Shown: positions 34,456 through 45,602, counted from the first letter of the stretch. The stretch: 64,000 nucleotides of DNA from an uncultured Alphaproteobacteria bacterium (GCA_963770075.1 CAVYOQ010000070.1:1-64000); one strand, 5' to 3'. The notes: generated from the letters alone by a model not told the origin. Program-made: numbers and translations.

Positions 34456-35865
34456 ATGACAAGCGAAGACAACACAAGCGACACGCTGGGATTGCCGGAA
34501 GGCTTCTTTCCCGGCATGGCCCAGCGCCTGAAGGTGGCGGTCGAAGGCCTGCGCCTGCAGACGCTGGTGCGCCTGCGCTGGCTGGCGGTGATCGGCCAGG
34601 CGGTGGCGGTGCTGGGGGTGCATTTCGGCCTCGGCTTCCGCCTGCCGCTGGGCCTGTGCATGGCGGTAGTGGCGGTGAGCGCCTGGCTCAACATCTTCCT
34701 TACCATCCGCTGGCGCACCAGTCTCAGGCTCGAGGACCGCTCTGCCGCCCTGCTGCTCGGCTACGACATCGTGCAGCTTGCCGCCCTTCTCTATCTCACC
34801 GGCGGCATCCAGAACCCGTTCGTCTTCCTGTTCCTGGTGCCGGTGACGGTCTCGGCCTCCACCCTGGCGCTGTCGCGCACGCTGGCGCTCGCCGCGCTCA
34901 CCTTCGGGCTGATCACGGCGCTGGTTTTCTACCACGAGCCGCTGCCGTGGTACCCCGATACGCGCCTCACCCTGCCGCCCATCTATGCCGCCGGCATGTG
35001 GACGGCGCTCATCTGCGGGCTGGTTTTTTCCATCATGTATGCTTACCGCATCTCGCGCGAGGCGCGCGAGATGTCACACGCGCTGGCGGCTGCCGAGCAG
35101 GTGCTGGCGCGCGAGCAGCAGCTCTCCGCCCTCGACGGTATGGCCGCCGCCGCCGCCCATGAGCTGGGCACGCCCCTGGGGACGATCGCGCTGGTGGCCA
35201 AGGAGCTCAAGCGCGAACTGCCCAATGCCGAGGCCTTCGCCGACGATCTCGACCTGCTGATCTCCCAGGTCCAGCGTTGTCGCGAGATCCTCTCGCGCCT
35301 GGCGCGCCGCGAGACGCAGGCCGACGCCATGTTCGCCCGCGTCAAGGTGACGGTGATGGCCGAGGACATCGCAGAGCCCTTGCGCGACGGCCCGGTGGAG
35401 ATCGTGGTGACCCCTGAGGCCGGCGGGCTCGGCGGCCCCGAACGCGCCGGCGAGCCCTTGGTGATGCGCAATCCCGGCATCGCCTACGGGCTTGCCAACA
35501 TCCTGGAGAACGCCGTCGACTTCGCCACCCGCCGGGTCGAGGTCAACGTCACCTGGACGCCGGTCGAGATCGCCGTCATGATCATCGATGACGGGCCGGG
35601 CTTTGCCCAGGAGGTGATCGACCGGCTGGGAGAGCCCTATGTCACCACGCGGCCGGGCTATGGTCCCTTGATCGACGAGAGCGATGGCGATGGCCACGAG
35701 GGGCTGGGGCTAGGCTTCTTCATCGCCAAGACGCTGCTTGAACGCTCCGGCGCCGTGGTGACGCTTGCCAACCGCACCCAGCCGCAGACCGGCGCCATCG
35801 TGCGCATCGCCTGGCCACGCAAGGCGATCGAGGCGCGCGCCATGGGCGAAACCCGGCAAACGTGA
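34456..35865 (+). CDS. regB: Redox-sensing histidine kinase RegB/PrrB/ActS
   Basis: Six transmembrane helices including the conserved quinone-site region, an H-box (AAAAHELGTPLGTI) and a HATPase_c domain. ATG is at 34456. Confidence 0.85.
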   Translation: MTSEDNTSDTLGLPEGFFPGMAQRLKVAVEGLRLQTLVRLRWLAVIGQAVAVLGVHFGLGFRLPLGLCMAVVAVSAWLNIFLTIRWRTSLRLEDRSAALLLGYDIVQLAALLYLTGGIQNPFVFLFLVPVTVSASTLALSRTLALAALTFGLITALVFYHEPLPWYPDTRLTLPPIYAAGMWTALICGLVFSIMYAYRISREAREMSHALAAAEQVLAREQQLSALDGMAAAAAHELGTPLGTIALVAKELKRELPNAEAFADDLDLLISQVQRCREILSRLARRETQADAMFARVKVTVMAEDIAEPLRDGPVEIVVTPEAGGLGGPERAGEPLVMRNPGIAYGLANILENAVDFATRRVEVNVTWTPVEIAVMIIDDGPGFAQEVIDRLGEPYVTTRPGYGPLIDESDGDGHEGLGLGFFIAKTLLERSGAVVTLANRTQPQTGAIVRIAWPRKAIEARAMGETRQT

Positions 35866-35954
35866 TGACATGAGGTCGCAGGCGGCTGTATATATCCTAT
35901 ATTAAGAGCATGAGAAGTGGCCGCCCGGCGGCCGCCAGTGTGGAGAACCACCGC

Positions 35955-36500
35955 ATGACTGACGTTTCACTCCCCGAGGAGAAATCCCTGCTGCTGGTTG
36001 ACGACGATCGGCCCTTCCTCAACCGCCTGGGCCGCGCCATGGAAACCCGCGGCTTCAATGTGCGCATGGCCGAGACGGTCACCGAAGGCGTGAGCGAGGT
36101 GCGACGGCATCCGCCAAGCTTTGCCGTGGTCGATCTGCGCCTCAACGACGGCAACGGCCTCGATGTCATCGAGGCGCTGCATCAGGCCAAGCCCAACGCC
36201 CGCGCTGTGGTGCTGACCGGCTATGGCAATTTCGCCACCGCGGTATCGGCGGTAAAGCTCGGCGCGGTCGATTATCTCGCCAAGCCGGCCGATGCCGATG
36301 CCGTCTATGACGCCTTGATGGCCGACGGCAGCGACCGCGCCCCGCCGCCGGAAAACCCCATGTCGGCCGACCGGGTGCGCTGGGAGCATATCCAGCGGGT
36401 GTACGAGCTGTGCAACCGCAACGTCTCCGAGACCGCCCGCCGTCTCAACATGCACCGGCGCACCCTGCAACGTATCCTCGCCAAGCGCGCCCCGCGCTAG
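35955..36500 (+). CDS. regA: Response regulator RegA/PrrA/ActR
   Basis: Receiver domain (LLLVDDD…) and a C-terminal Fis-type HTH (…ETARRLNMHRRTLQRIL). Confidence 0.85.
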   Translation: MTDVSLPEEKSLLLVDDDRPFLNRLGRAMETRGFNVRMAETVTEGVSEVRRHPPSFAVVDLRLNDGNGLDVIEALHQAKPNARAVVLTGYGNFATAVSAVKLGAVDYLAKPADADAVYDALMADGSDRAPPPENPMSADRVRWEHIQRVYELCNRNVSETARRLNMHRRTLQRILAKRAPR

Positions 36501-36610
36501 CCCACCAGTTGTCATCGTCGGGCTTGGCCCGAGGACCCACAGGGCCCACGGTATGGCCCGAGCGAGTGGCACTGGGTCGTCGGGTCAAGCCCGACGATGA
36601 CACGGGGTGG
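36501..36610. repeat. Nested palindromic REP-like element, copy C
   Basis: cccaccagttGTCATCGTCGGGCTTGGCCCGAGGACCCAcagggcccacgg…ggcactgggtcgtcgggtcaagcccgacgatgacacggggtgg. It lies between convergent regA and mmcB and is followed by gttttc. Confidence 0.75.
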
Positions 36611-36638
36611 AGCGTTTTCATCCGTCTGTCCCGCACTC

Positions 36639-37116
36639 TCATAGCGTCGTGCTGAGGGCGTAGGGGTCGTGAATGGTGTGCAGGCGCTGGGCCGCGGCGC
36701 GGGCGAATTGCAGGGTGATGGCTTTGCGCCGGGCAGCCGTCAGGCGGCGCGCGTTCGGGATGGCGCAGGAAAGCCGCCCCCCAGGCATCGGCGAGGATGA
36801 GCCCGGTCGCTTGCGGGATGAGCTCCTGCGGCACCTCGCTCGGGATGGCGAAATACATGAGATCGCAGAACTCGAGATAATTGGTCCATTTCTGGTCGGC
36901 GCGAAAATCGGCCACCGACGACTTTACCTCCACGATGAGAACCGAGCCGGAACGATCGAGCGCGATGAGGTCGACGCGGCGGCCGCTGGGCAGCACGAAT
37001 TCGCTGATCGGCACGTAATTGGCCTGGCGCAGGAGCCGCCCGGCCCCGCGCGCCACCGCCGCCGCCGTCTCCGACTGGCGGCCGTCATGGATGATGAGCG
37101 GGTCGTCCTCGGCCAT
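36639..37116 (-). pseudogene. mmcB: MmcB-family DNA-repair protein with an apparent +1 frameshift near 36745
   Basis: The N-terminal 125 aa (MAEDDPLIIHDGRQSETAAAV…LILADAWGAAFLRHPERAP) are in the track ORF frame. After about 36745 that frame turns into low-complexity sequence that runs through repeat C. A -1 shift gives …LTAARRKAITLQFARAAAQRLHTIHDPYALSTTL* and ends at 36639, just before the repeat. Confidence 0.5.
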
Positions 37117-37231
37117 GGGGAAAGCCTGCGGCTCCAAGCCCTGCTTGTCAATCTTGCCCCATTGTGGGCTTGCGGGTGACTTGCTAGATTTACGCCCCGC
37201 GCGCGTCCGCAGGGCAGCCAGAAGGAGACAC

Positions 37232-37999
37232 ATGGGAATGCGGCTCTTGTGCTTTGCGATGCTTTCGGCGCTCTTTGCTCTTGTCGCTGTGTCGGGACCC
37301 GTCCTCGCCGCCAATCCGGTAGGTACGGCGGTCGCGGTGCGCGCCGGGGTGACCGCCTCGGGCGCCAGCGGCAGCCGCGGCCTTGCCCAGGGCGATCCAG
37401 TCTATCTCGGCGACCGGGTGGAAACCGGCGTCTTCGGCCATGTCGATATCGAGTTCAGCGACCATACCAAGCTGGCCGTCGGACCCAATTCGAGCATGGT
37501 CATCGACAAATATGTGCTGGGTTCGCCGGGCCGGCTGAAGAGTTTCGGGCTCAAGACAGCGCGCGGCGCCTTCCGCTTTCTGACCGGCGACAGCGCCAAG
37601 CAGGCCTACCGCATCACCACGCCGACGGCCACCATCGGCATTCGCGGCACCGAGTTCGATTGGGGGATCGAACGCGTGGGCTCCACCGCCATGGTGCTTT
37701 ATGGCGGCGCCACGCGCATCTGCAGCCTGTCGTCCGGCGTGTGCGCTGGTCTGAACCGGTCTTGCGATGTAGCGCTCGTCTATGACGGCCGGGTGGTGAA
37801 GACGACGTCGATGGCGCTCACCTACGAGCAGCAGAAGCTGGCCTTTCCCTTCCTGCGCGACGAGGCGCGGGTCAGCGGGCCGCTGCGCGTCGGATCGGCG
37901 CGCTGCGCCGGTGGTGTGCATGGCGTCTCTCCGCTGCCGCCCACCGGGCGAGGGAACGATCAAGGCGTAGAGGCCCCCGACAGCGAACCCAAGGGCTAG
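37232..37999 (+). CDS. FecR-domain secreted protein
   Basis: Signal peptide (MGMRLLCFAMLSALFALVAVSGPVLAA) plus a FecR-type domain (…GDRVETG….LAVGPNSSMVI…FRFLTG…). Such proteins commonly pair with CHASE2 cyclases. Confidence 0.7.
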   Translation: MGMRLLCFAMLSALFALVAVSGPVLAANPVGTAVAVRAGVTASGASGSRGLAQGDPVYLGDRVETGVFGHVDIEFSDHTKLAVGPNSSMVIDKYVLGSPGRLKSFGLKTARGAFRFLTGDSAKQAYRITTPTATIGIRGTEFDWGIERVGSTAMVLYGGATRICSLSSGVCAGLNRSCDVALVYDGRVVKTTSMALTYEQQKLAFPFLRDEARVSGPLRVGSARCAGGVHGVSPLPPTGRGNDQGVEAPDSEPKG

Positions 38000-38044
38000 G
38001 ATGGTGGGGCGAGCATCGCTGAGTGACGGGCGCGAGCCAATGCC

Positions 38045-40213
38045 GTGAAGGCATCGCGCCTCAGAGCTTTCCTGTTCGGCATCATCATCGTATTTGCGCT
38101 GTGCGAGCTGCGCGCCAGCGATCCCTTCGCGGTTCATGCGGTGCGCGAGCTCGGCTTCGACCAGCTTCAGCGCCTCAAGCCGCGCCGGCCCATCAACGAG
38201 CCGGTGCGCGTGGTCGACATCGACGAAGCCTCGCTTGCCGCCTACGGCCAATGGCCATGGCCGCGCGATCGCCTGGCGCGCCTGACCGACCGTCTCGACA
38301 AGCTGGGGGCGGCGGCCATCGTGTACGACGTGGCCTTTGCCGAGACCGACCGGCTGTCGCCGTCGCGCCTCGCCGCCGAGGACAATTTGAAGTCGGTGCT
38401 TGGCGCCGATTCAACGGCCCTCAGCCGGCTGAGAGACAACGACAAGCTGTTCGCTCAAGCGCTCGCCCGCTCGCCCGCGGTGCTCGGCTTCGGCATCACC
38501 GGTGACTCCGGCGGCGTCGCGCCGAGCCTCAAGGCCGGATTCGCGGTGAGCGGCGATCGCCCGCTCGATGCCGTGCCGGCGATCGACAAGGTAACGCCAA
38601 TCATCGCGCCACTGGCAGCCGCGGCGCAAGGGCTCGGTTCCATGAGCCTCACCCCCGGCCTGCAATCGGGCATCGTGCGCACCATCCCCCTCATGCTGCA
38701 GCAGGCCGGCAAGCCCTATCCCGCCCTGGTGCTGGAGGCCTTGCGGGTGGCGCAAGGGGCCTCCACCTACATCATTCGCGGCGCCAGCGATGAACCGGCC
38801 ATCATGCAGGACATCCGCATCGGCGACTTCACCGTGCCGGTCACCCGCGACGGCCAGATGTGGCTCTATTACCGCTACAACGATCCGCGCCTTTATGTGT
38901 CGGTGAAGCGTGTGCTGGACGGCGCCGACGATGCAGCGCTGAAGAAGCTCATCGAGGGTCAGATCGTGTTCGTGGGGGCCTCGGCTGTGGGGTTGCACGA
39001 TTCGCGTGGCACCGCGCTGGGTGAGACCCTTCCCGGCGTCGCCATCCATGCCCAGGCGGCCGAGCAGATCATCGCCGGCACCTTCCTTGCGCGACCGGAC
39101 TGGGCCGACGGGGCCGAGATCATCACCGCCGCCACCGTCGGCCTGATGCTCGTTGCCTCGACCCTCTTTCTCGGCCCGATCATGTCGATGGCCATGGGTG
39201 CGACCGCCTTCGCCGCCATGGTCGGCGCGGTCTGGCTGGCCTTCCTGCGCGACGGGCTGCTCCTCGATGTCACCTTCCCGGCGTTTGCAGGCATTGTCGT
39301 CTTCGTCACCATGACCGCCTATCGCTTTCTTATCGCCGACCGCGAGAGGCGGTTCGTGCGCCGCGCCTTCTCCCATTACGTCTCGCCCTCGCTACTGGCC
39401 CAGATCCAGCGCGATCCCGACCGCCTCAAGCTGGGTGGCGAGGTGCGCGAGATCACGGTGATGTTCTCCGACGTGCGCGGTTTCACCTCGATCAGCGAGA
39501 AGCTCGATCCTGAGGAACTGGTGGTCTTCCTCAACCAGTTGCTGGGCGAGATGAGCCGCCGGGTAACGGCCTATGACGGCACCATCGACAAGTATATCGG
39601 TGATGCGCTGATGGCCTTCTGGAACGCGCCGCTGGACATCGCCGGGCATGAGAAAAAGGCCTGCCTCGCCACGCTCGACATGCGCCGGGTGCTGCGTGAA
39701 ATGACCGAGAGCGATGCTTTCGGCTTCAAGGACAAGGGCCTTTCGGCGCGCATCGGCGTCGGCCTCAACACCGGCCAGGCGGTGGCCGGCAATCTCGGCT
39801 CGGCCGAGCGCTTCGACTATTCCTGCATCGGCGATGCGGTCAACGTCGCCTCGCGGGTGGAAAGCGCCTCCAAGGACGTGGGCTTCGACATCCTGGTGAC
39901 GGCCTCTGTCGCCGATGCGGCGCCGGATCTTGCCTTCCTCGATGCCGGCACTATCGGGCTGAAGGGCAAGTCCAACCCGGTTCCCATCTTCATCCTTCTC
40001 GGGGATGCCGAGATGGCCAGGTCGGTGGAATTCCAGGCGCTCAAAGAACGCCACGACGCGCTCATGGCCCGTCGCGGCGAAAAGCCCGGAAAGGACATCG
40101 AGGCCGAATTCAAGGCTCTGGCGCAACAGGGCGAGGCGCTGGTGCCGGGGCTGGCGCAGTTCTACGAGGCGCTGACCAGGCGGCGCGAAGGCGAACTCAT
40201 GGGCAAGAAGTGA
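38045..40213 (+). CDS. CHASE2-sensor adenylate/guanylate cyclase (class III)
   Basis: N-terminal transmembrane helix, a periplasmic CHASE2 domain, three transmembrane helices, then a class III cyclase domain (FSDVRGFT…DKYIGDALMAFWNAP). Confidence 0.85.
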   Translation: MKASRLRAFLFGIIIVFALCELRASDPFAVHAVRELGFDQLQRLKPRRPINEPVRVVDIDEASLAAYGQWPWPRDRLARLTDRLDKLGAAAIVYDVAFAETDRLSPSRLAAEDNLKSVLGADSTALSRLRDNDKLFAQALARSPAVLGFGITGDSGGVAPSLKAGFAVSGDRPLDAVPAIDKVTPIIAPLAAAAQGLGSMSLTPGLQSGIVRTIPLMLQQAGKPYPALVLEALRVAQGASTYIIRGASDEPAIMQDIRIGDFTVPVTRDGQMWLYYRYNDPRLYVSVKRVLDGADDAALKKLIEGQIVFVGASAVGLHDSRGTALGETLPGVAIHAQAAEQIIAGTFLARPDWADGAEIITAATVGLMLVASTLFLGPIMSMAMGATAFAAMVGAVWLAFLRDGLLLDVTFPAFAGIVVFVTMTAYRFLIADRERRFVRRAFSHYVSPSLLAQIQRDPDRLKLGGEVREITVMFSDVRGFTSISEKLDPEELVVFLNQLLGEMSRRVTAYDGTIDKYIGDALMAFWNAPLDIAGHEKKACLATLDMRRVLREMTESDAFGFKDKGLSARIGVGLNTGQAVAGNLGSAERFDYSCIGDAVNVASRVESASKDVGFDILVTASVADAAPDLAFLDAGTIGLKGKSNPVPIFILLGDAEMARSVEFQALKERHDALMARRGEKPGKDIEAEFKALAQQGEALVPGLAQFYEALTRRREGELMGKK

Positions 40214-40497
40214 GCCGGACCCATCGTCACGGCGACTGGCGTGGGGCCTCGGGAGAGGGCACGTGCTCGGGGCGAAAGCCCATGCCGACGACGCGTTCGC
40301 CGTCATGCCCGAGGTCGGTGCCCGCGGTCTGCATCAGCAAATGGAAGGCGGGAAAAGCCGAAGCCTTGCGGGCGAGGAAATCGAGGAAGTGCCATTGTGG
40401 CGTCAGGGCGATGAACTTGCAGCGCGTGGGCAGGTGGGTGAAGTCGGCAAGTCCAATGCGCGCTCTTTACGCTGCAACCGCTGCGTCCCGTGACCGA

Positions 40498-41040
40498 TCA
40501 GCGCTCCCAGAATTCCTGCACCGCGTAGAGGTGATGGCCCGTGGCCACCGCGCCGGAAGCGACGAAATGATAGATGGGGTTCATCAGGTTGTGGCGGTGG
40601 CCCGAGCTGTCGAGCCATTGCTGGAACAGCCGTCTGGCCTTTGCCGCATCGACGGGTCCCGGCTGGCGGTCGCGCGCGGCGTTCTCGCCATGGTCGCCGT
40701 GCACATAAGGATCGGCATAGGCCTCGAAGCGGTCATGGTAGCTGTAGCCGCTGGCTGAGGTGTGGCCGACGAAATTGCCCAAAAGCATCTCCACCGCCTG
40801 CGCTCGCGCCGCATTGCGCAGGAGATCGTCAGGGACGAGCGGCGGCCTGCCGGCGGAACGGCGCGCATTGACCGCGAACTGATCGAGCACACGTTCGAGG
40901 TCGCGCCGGAAAACCGCGCCTCGCGGCAGGTGCGACAAAAGCTTTTCGGCATAGGCGCGGTAGCCCTGGTAGGCGAATGCCGGTGGTACAAAGGCGCCAG
41001 CACCTATGAGTACAAGGACGGAGCGACGGACAAGCTTCAC
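40498..41040 (-). CDS. CAP/SCP-domain (cysteine-rich secretory protein family) protein
   Basis: Signal peptide plus CAP signature residues (HY…VW…G.A….HWV…). Confidence 0.7.
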   Translation of the reverse strand: MKLVRRSVLVLIGAGAFVPPAFAYQGYRAYAEKLLSHLPRGAVFRRDLERVLDQFAVNARRSAGRPPLVPDDLLRNAARAQAVEMLLGNFVGHTSASGYSYHDRFEAYADPYVHGDHGENAARDRQPGPVDAAKARRLFQQWLDSSGHRHNLMNPIYHFVASGAVATGHHLYAVQEFWER

Positions 41041-41172
41041 AGTTGTTCTCGATTCTCGTCACGCCCGCGAAGGCGGGCGCCCAATGGCGCCTCCTCCCGC
41101 TCGGCAAAGGCCATTGGATTTCCGCCTGCGCGGGAATGACGCATATCCAAGCGGAGGCCTGAAATCCGCATC

Positions 41173-42357
41173 TCAATAGGTCTCCACATGGTAGCGCCCG
41201 CTTGAACGCATGTCGGGCTTGACCTTCGCCCAGTCGAGCCCCGACTTGCGGCAGATGTCGGCGAATGCCTCATCCACCCCGGTCTCCATGCCTTTCAGGC
41301 CGCAAATGAAGACATGGGTGCTGTCGCGCGAAAGCGCGGTGCTCAAGGCTTTGGCCTCGCGGCGCATGCGGTCCTGCACGTATTCGCGGTTCTGGTCCGG
41401 CAGGCGTGAATAGACCAGGTGCTGGGTGAGAATGTGGGCCGGCACCTTCTGCAACGGGCCGAAATAGGGAAGCTCGGCCGGCGTGCGGGCGCCGAAGAAC
41501 ATGATGAGCGGGGCCGATGCGTCGGGCATGGCGCGCCGCCGCCGCTCGGTGAAGGCGCGAAAGGGGGCCGAGCCGGTGCCGGTGCACACCATGATGATGC
41601 TGGCGGCCGGGTCCTGCGGCATGAGGAAGGTGGACCCGTAAGGGCCCGTCACCTTCACCTGATCGCCGCGCTTCAGATTGGCGAGATAGGTGGAGCAGAC
41701 GCCCTTGTCCTCATGCTTGACGGTGAGCGAGATGTTGTTGGTGTTGGGGCGCTCGCCGTCGCGCGGACTTGCTACCGAATAAAGCCGCATGTGGTGCGGC
41801 TTGCCGTTGGCATCGCTGCCGGGCGGAATGATGCCGACCGACTGGCCCTCGATCACCGGCATCACAGTCTGCCCGAAATGCAGGACAATGTGGCGCACAT
41901 CGCGCGAAGAGCCTTCCGCGGTGATGCGGTAATTGCCCTGCACGCTGGCGATGGCCGGATTGTCGCGGGTGAACAGGTTGACCGTCGGCTTGGAGGCCGA
42001 ATGCGGCGCGATCGGCTTTCCGCCGGTGCCCTGATGCGCCTCGGCGATGAGCTTTGCCACCTCGTCGTCGAGCGCTTCGAGGCTCGACTCTTCCGTCTCT
42101 GAAAGCTCGGCCTGGGGCGGAAGCTCGTCCCACGAGAACTGCTCGTCCAGCGACCAGGGCTTTTCCACCAGCCGCCAGTTGTCGATGGAGCCGGTAGGGC
42201 AGGGCGCGATGCATTCCATGCAGAAATTGCAGATAGCGGCATCCACCACGACATTGTTGTCGTCATGGGTAATGGCATCGACCGGGCACTGCTCCTCGCA
42301 GGTGTAGCAGCGGATACAGATTTCCGGATCGATCAGATGCTGCTTGAGAGCGGCCAT
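41173..42357 (-). CDS. boxA: Benzoyl-CoA 2,3-epoxidase reductase subunit BoxA
   Basis: Two 4Fe-4S ferredoxin motifs ([24 protein letters not shown]) fused to a ferredoxin-NADP reductase-like FAD/NAD domain. It is immediately downstream of boxB. Confidence 0.85.
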   Translation of the reverse strand: MAALKQHLIDPEICIRCYTCEEQCPVDAITHDDNNVVVDAAICNFCMECIAPCPTGSIDNWRLVEKPWSLDEQFSWDELPPQAELSETEESSLEALDDEVAKLIAEAHQGTGGKPIAPHSASKPTVNLFTRDNPAIASVQGNYRITAEGSSRDVRHIVLHFGQTVMPVIEGQSVGIIPPGSDANGKPHHMRLYSVASPRDGERPNTNNISLTVKHEDKGVCSTYLANLKRGDQVKVTGPYGSTFLMPQDPAASIIMVCTGTGSAPFRAFTERRRRAMPDASAPLIMFFGARTPAELPYFGPLQKVPAHILTQHLVYSRLPDQNREYVQDRMRREAKALSTALSRDSTHVFICGLKGMETGVDEAFADICRKSGLDWAKVKPDMRSSGRYHVETY

Positions 42358-42371
42358 CCCTGCCCCTGTAC

Positions 42372-43817
42372 CTAGGACGCGATCTTCACATATTCGAAGT
42401 CACCCGGCTTGCTGTCGATGCCGACGCGCGGTGCGGCGATCCAGCCGGCATACTGGCCGGCACCGAATTCCGGCTTCATCAGCGAGGCGATGAACTCACC
42501 GTCCGCCAGCGAAGGCAGCCATTCGTCCTTCTTTACCTGCCAGTCCGCCGCGCTCAGCACGTCGCCTTCGGGGGTTGCCTCGATGGCGGCGAACTCGCCA
42601 ATGCGGCGGTTGAAGGCGACATGCGGCAGCTTGAGCTGGAAATCGACGCCGGTCTTCTCGATGATCTTGTTCCAGCGCCCGACACCGCCCGCGGCATCGC
42701 CCACATAGTCGTCGCGCAGGCGCATGTTGATGGCCGACAGCGCCGGCTCGTGGCATTCGCTGATCTTGCCGTCGACGAGGCGCAGCACCGGGTAGGTGTC
42801 GTTTACCAGCTTGTGGTCGTCCTCCAGCTTGACCTCCTTGTAGCGGCCCTTGATGCCGGCGTTGAAGGCGTTGGCGGCATTGGTGGAAATTTCCGAGCCG
42901 AAGAGGTCGAGGGTGAGCGAGAAGTGGAGGTTCAGCTTCTTCTGGATCGTCGGTAGGTCGATGACGCCGAGGGCGCGCACCTTTTCGATGTCGTAAGGGT
43001 CCTTGATGCCGGCCTCGTTCATCGCATCGCAGGTGCGCTGGATGGTGCGCCCCACGCCCGTCTCGCCCACGAACATGTGGTGGGCTTCCTCGGTGAGCAT
43101 GAAGCGGCAGGTGCGCGACAGGGGATCGAAGCCCGACTGGGCCAGCGCCTCGAGTTGCATCTTGCCGTCGCGGTCGGTGAAATAGGTGAACATGAAAAAG
43201 GAGAGCCAGTCGGGCGTTCTTTCATTGAAGGCGCCGAGCATGCGCGGATGATCGGCATCGCCGGAACGCCGGCGCAACAGCTCTTCGGCCTCCTCGCGCC
43301 CGTCACGGCCGAAATATTTTTGTAAAAGATAGACCATCGCCCACAGGTGCCGGCCCTCCTCCACATTGACCTGGAACAGGTTGCGCAGGTCATAGAGCGA
43401 GGGCGCGGTCTTGCCGAGATGGCGCTGCTGCTCGACCGAGGCCGGTTCGGTATCGCCCTGTATGACGATGAGACGGCGCAGTAGGGCCCGGTATTCCCCC
43501 GGCACTTCCTGCCAGGCGGGCTCGCCCGCATGTTCGCCGCAGGGGATGGTGCGGCCTTCCTCCTTGGGCGCCAAAAGGACGCCCCAGCGGTATTGCGGCA
43601 TCTTCACGTAGTCGAACTTGGCCCAGCCCTTGGGATCGACGCCGACGGCGGTGCGCAGGTAGACCAGCAATTCCTGAAAGCCTTCCGGTCCCATGTCCTG
43701 CCACCAGTCGAGATAGCCCGGATGCCACTGCTCCAGTGCCTTCAGGACGCGGCGGTCGTCGCCGAGCTCGACATTGTTGGGAATCGAGGTGGAATAGTCG
43801 ACGTTCAGCGTGTTCAT
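42372..43817 (-). CDS. boxB: Benzoyl-CoA 2,3-epoxidase oxygenase subunit BoxB (di-iron)
   Basis: 481-aa ORF with di-iron ligand motifs (EEGRHLW…, EEAHHMF) characteristic of BoxB. Confidence 0.9.
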   Translation of the reverse strand: MNTLNVDYSTSIPNNVELGDDRRVLKALEQWHPGYLDWWQDMGPEGFQELLVYLRTAVGVDPKGWAKFDYVKMPQYRWGVLLAPKEEGRTIPCGEHAGEPAWQEVPGEYRALLRRLIVIQGDTEPASVEQQRHLGKTAPSLYDLRNLFQVNVEEGRHLWAMVYLLQKYFGRDGREEAEELLRRRSGDADHPRMLGAFNERTPDWLSFFMFTYFTDRDGKMQLEALAQSGFDPLSRTCRFMLTEEAHHMFVGETGVGRTIQRTCDAMNEAGIKDPYDIEKVRALGVIDLPTIQKKLNLHFSLTLDLFGSEISTNAANAFNAGIKGRYKEVKLEDDHKLVNDTYPVLRLVDGKISECHEPALSAINMRLRDDYVGDAAGGVGRWNKIIEKTGVDFQLKLPHVAFNRRIGEFAAIEATPEGDVLSAADWQVKKDEWLPSLADGEFIASLMKPEFGAGQYAGWIAAPRVGIDSKPGDFEYVKIAS

Positions 43818-43849
43818 GGCCTTGTTCCTCTGGCTGTTCCGGCGTGTTC

Positions 43850-45571
43850 TTATGTGCGTTCGGGGTTGTATTGCGGGCGCTGGCCCGTGCCGTAGCGCTT
43901 GAGCGCACCCTCAGGCCCCACCGCGTTGGGGCGCTGGAAGATCCAGTTCTGCCAGGCGGTGAGGCGCCCGAAAATCTTGGTTTCCATGGTCTCCGGCCCG
44001 GCAAAGCGCAGATTCGTCTCAAGCCCCGTCAACGCATCGGGCGAGAAGCTTGCCCGCTCTTCCATGAAGATGCGCACCTCGTCGGCCCAGTCGATATCAT
44101 CATGGGCAAAGGTGACAAGTCCGAGGTCTTCGGCCTCCGATGCCGCGATGGGCTCGCCTGAGCGGGCCTTGATATCGCCGGGTTTCTGCGGTTCGGCGAG
44201 GAAGCGGGTTTCGAGCCGGGTGAGGCCGTTGGACATGGGATAAGGGCCGAAATTGGCGGACGTCAGGACGATGTACGCTTCGGGGCGGTTGTCGCCCTCG
44301 AACTGGCCGTCGGCCATGTAGGAACGGTCGGCGGCAAAGGCGATCTCGGCAAGGGTCCCGGCAAACGCCGAGCCCGGCTCGATGAGGGCAACGAGCGTGC
44401 GCGCCGTCATGTCGATGCGCTTGAGCACCCGCTTCCAGTAAAGCGTCACTTCGCGGATAAACCAGTTGCCGGCATGGGCCGCGAGGAAGTCGTCATAGGC
44501 TGCGACTTTCGCCGGATCGCCGTGTGTCTTGAAGGCGACGACCGCCATTTCACTTTCGTTGAGCCTCAGATGCAGGATGGCATCGTCGAGCTCGCGCGCC
44601 GCCAGCAGGGACCAGAATTGATCGCCCTGCGCGATAGCGGCCTCGGCATTGGCCGGCGGTGCGCTGTCGGGCGCGGCGATGCTGACGGTGGCAATGCGGC
44701 CCGAGCGGTCGAGATCGACGGAGACGTGTGAATAAGTGACGCTGTCGTCGGCAATCTTGCGCTCGAGTGGGCCAAGCTTGACGCCACTGGCGTCAGCTGG
44801 CCGGCTGGAGTTTTCGGCCAGCGCCAGGGCACGGGCCGCCACCGCCTCAGCAAAGCGCGACTGCGGCACGATTTCGTCCACCAGCCGCCAGTCGAGCGCC
44901 TTTTTCCCCTTCATCCCCTCTTCCACCGTGCAGAAGACGTCCGCCCGGTCGCGCCGTACTTTTCGCTTGTCGGTGACGCGGGTAAGGCCGCCGGTGCCGG
45001 GGAGAACCGCCAGCAAAGGTACCTCGGGCAGCGCCACCGAGGCCGAGCCGTCGTCGGTGAGGACAATCCAGTCGGTCGCCAGCGCCAGCTCGTAGCCGCC
45101 GCCGGCGGCAGTGCCGTTGACGGCGGCGAGGTAGGTCTGGCCGGAATTCTCGCTCGCATCCTCGATGGCGCCGCGCGTCTCGTTGGTGAACTTGCAGAAA
45201 TTGACCTTGTGGGCGTGGGTGGCACCGGCCAGCATGCGGATATTGGCGCCGGCGCAGAAGACCCGGTCGCGCCCCGAACACAGGATAACCGCCTTCACTT
45301 CGGGATGCTCAAAGCGCAGCCGCTGCACCGCGTCGGCCAGCTCGATGTCGACGCCGAGATCGTAGGAGTTGAGTTTCAGCTCATAGCCGGGGAAAAGCCC
45401 CCCGTTTTCATCCACCTGCATGACAAGGCGGGCGATGGGGCCGTCCGTCTCGATGCGCCAGTGGCGATAGCGCCCCGGCTCGGTCCGGAAATCGATCGTC
45501 TGTGTCGCACCCATGCCGCCCGCTTTCATGAAATATAGTGCGTAAATTGCCTTGGAAATTCCTTCATACAT
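43850..45571 (-). CDS. boxC: 2,3-epoxybenzoyl-CoA dihydrolase BoxC (crotonase superfamily)
   Basis: About 560-aa enoyl-CoA hydratase-like protein upstream of boxB-boxA. The start may be the internal M at 45527 (MKAGGMGATQ…). Confidence 0.85.
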   Translation of the reverse strand: MYEGISKAIYALYFMKAGGMGATQTIDFRTEPGRYRHWRIETDGPIARLVMQVDENGGLFPGYELKLNSYDLGVDIELADAVQRLRFEHPEVKAVILCSGRDRVFCAGANIRMLAGATHAHKVNFCKFTNETRGAIEDASENSGQTYLAAVNGTAAGGGYELALATDWIVLTDDGSASVALPEVPLLAVLPGTGGLTRVTDKRKVRRDRADVFCTVEEGMKGKKALDWRLVDEIVPQSRFAEAVAARALALAENSSRPADASGVKLGPLERKIADDSVTYSHVSVDLDRSGRIATVSIAAPDSAPPANAEAAIAQGDQFWSLLAARELDDAILHLRLNESEMAVVAFKTHGDPAKVAAYDDFLAAHAGNWFIREVTLYWKRVLKRIDMTARTLVALIEPGSAFAGTLAEIAFAADRSYMADGQFEGDNRPEAYIVLTSANFGPYPMSNGLTRLETRFLAEPQKPGDIKARSGEPIAASEAEDLGLVTFAHDDIDWADEVRIFMEERASFSPDALTGLETNLRFAGPETMETKIFGRLTAWQNWIFQRPNAVGPEGALKRYGTGQRPQYNPERT

Positions 45572-45602
45572 GAATTATAGTAGCAATTCAAGCGAGGACA
45601 GC

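Noticed and set aside
40214-40497. Small ORFs 40263-40493 (+) and 40403-40618 (-) between the cyclase and the CAP protein
   Set aside because: They overlap each other and the CAP gene, with no RBS or motifs. They are treated as intergenic sequence, possibly a gene remnant, between convergent genes.
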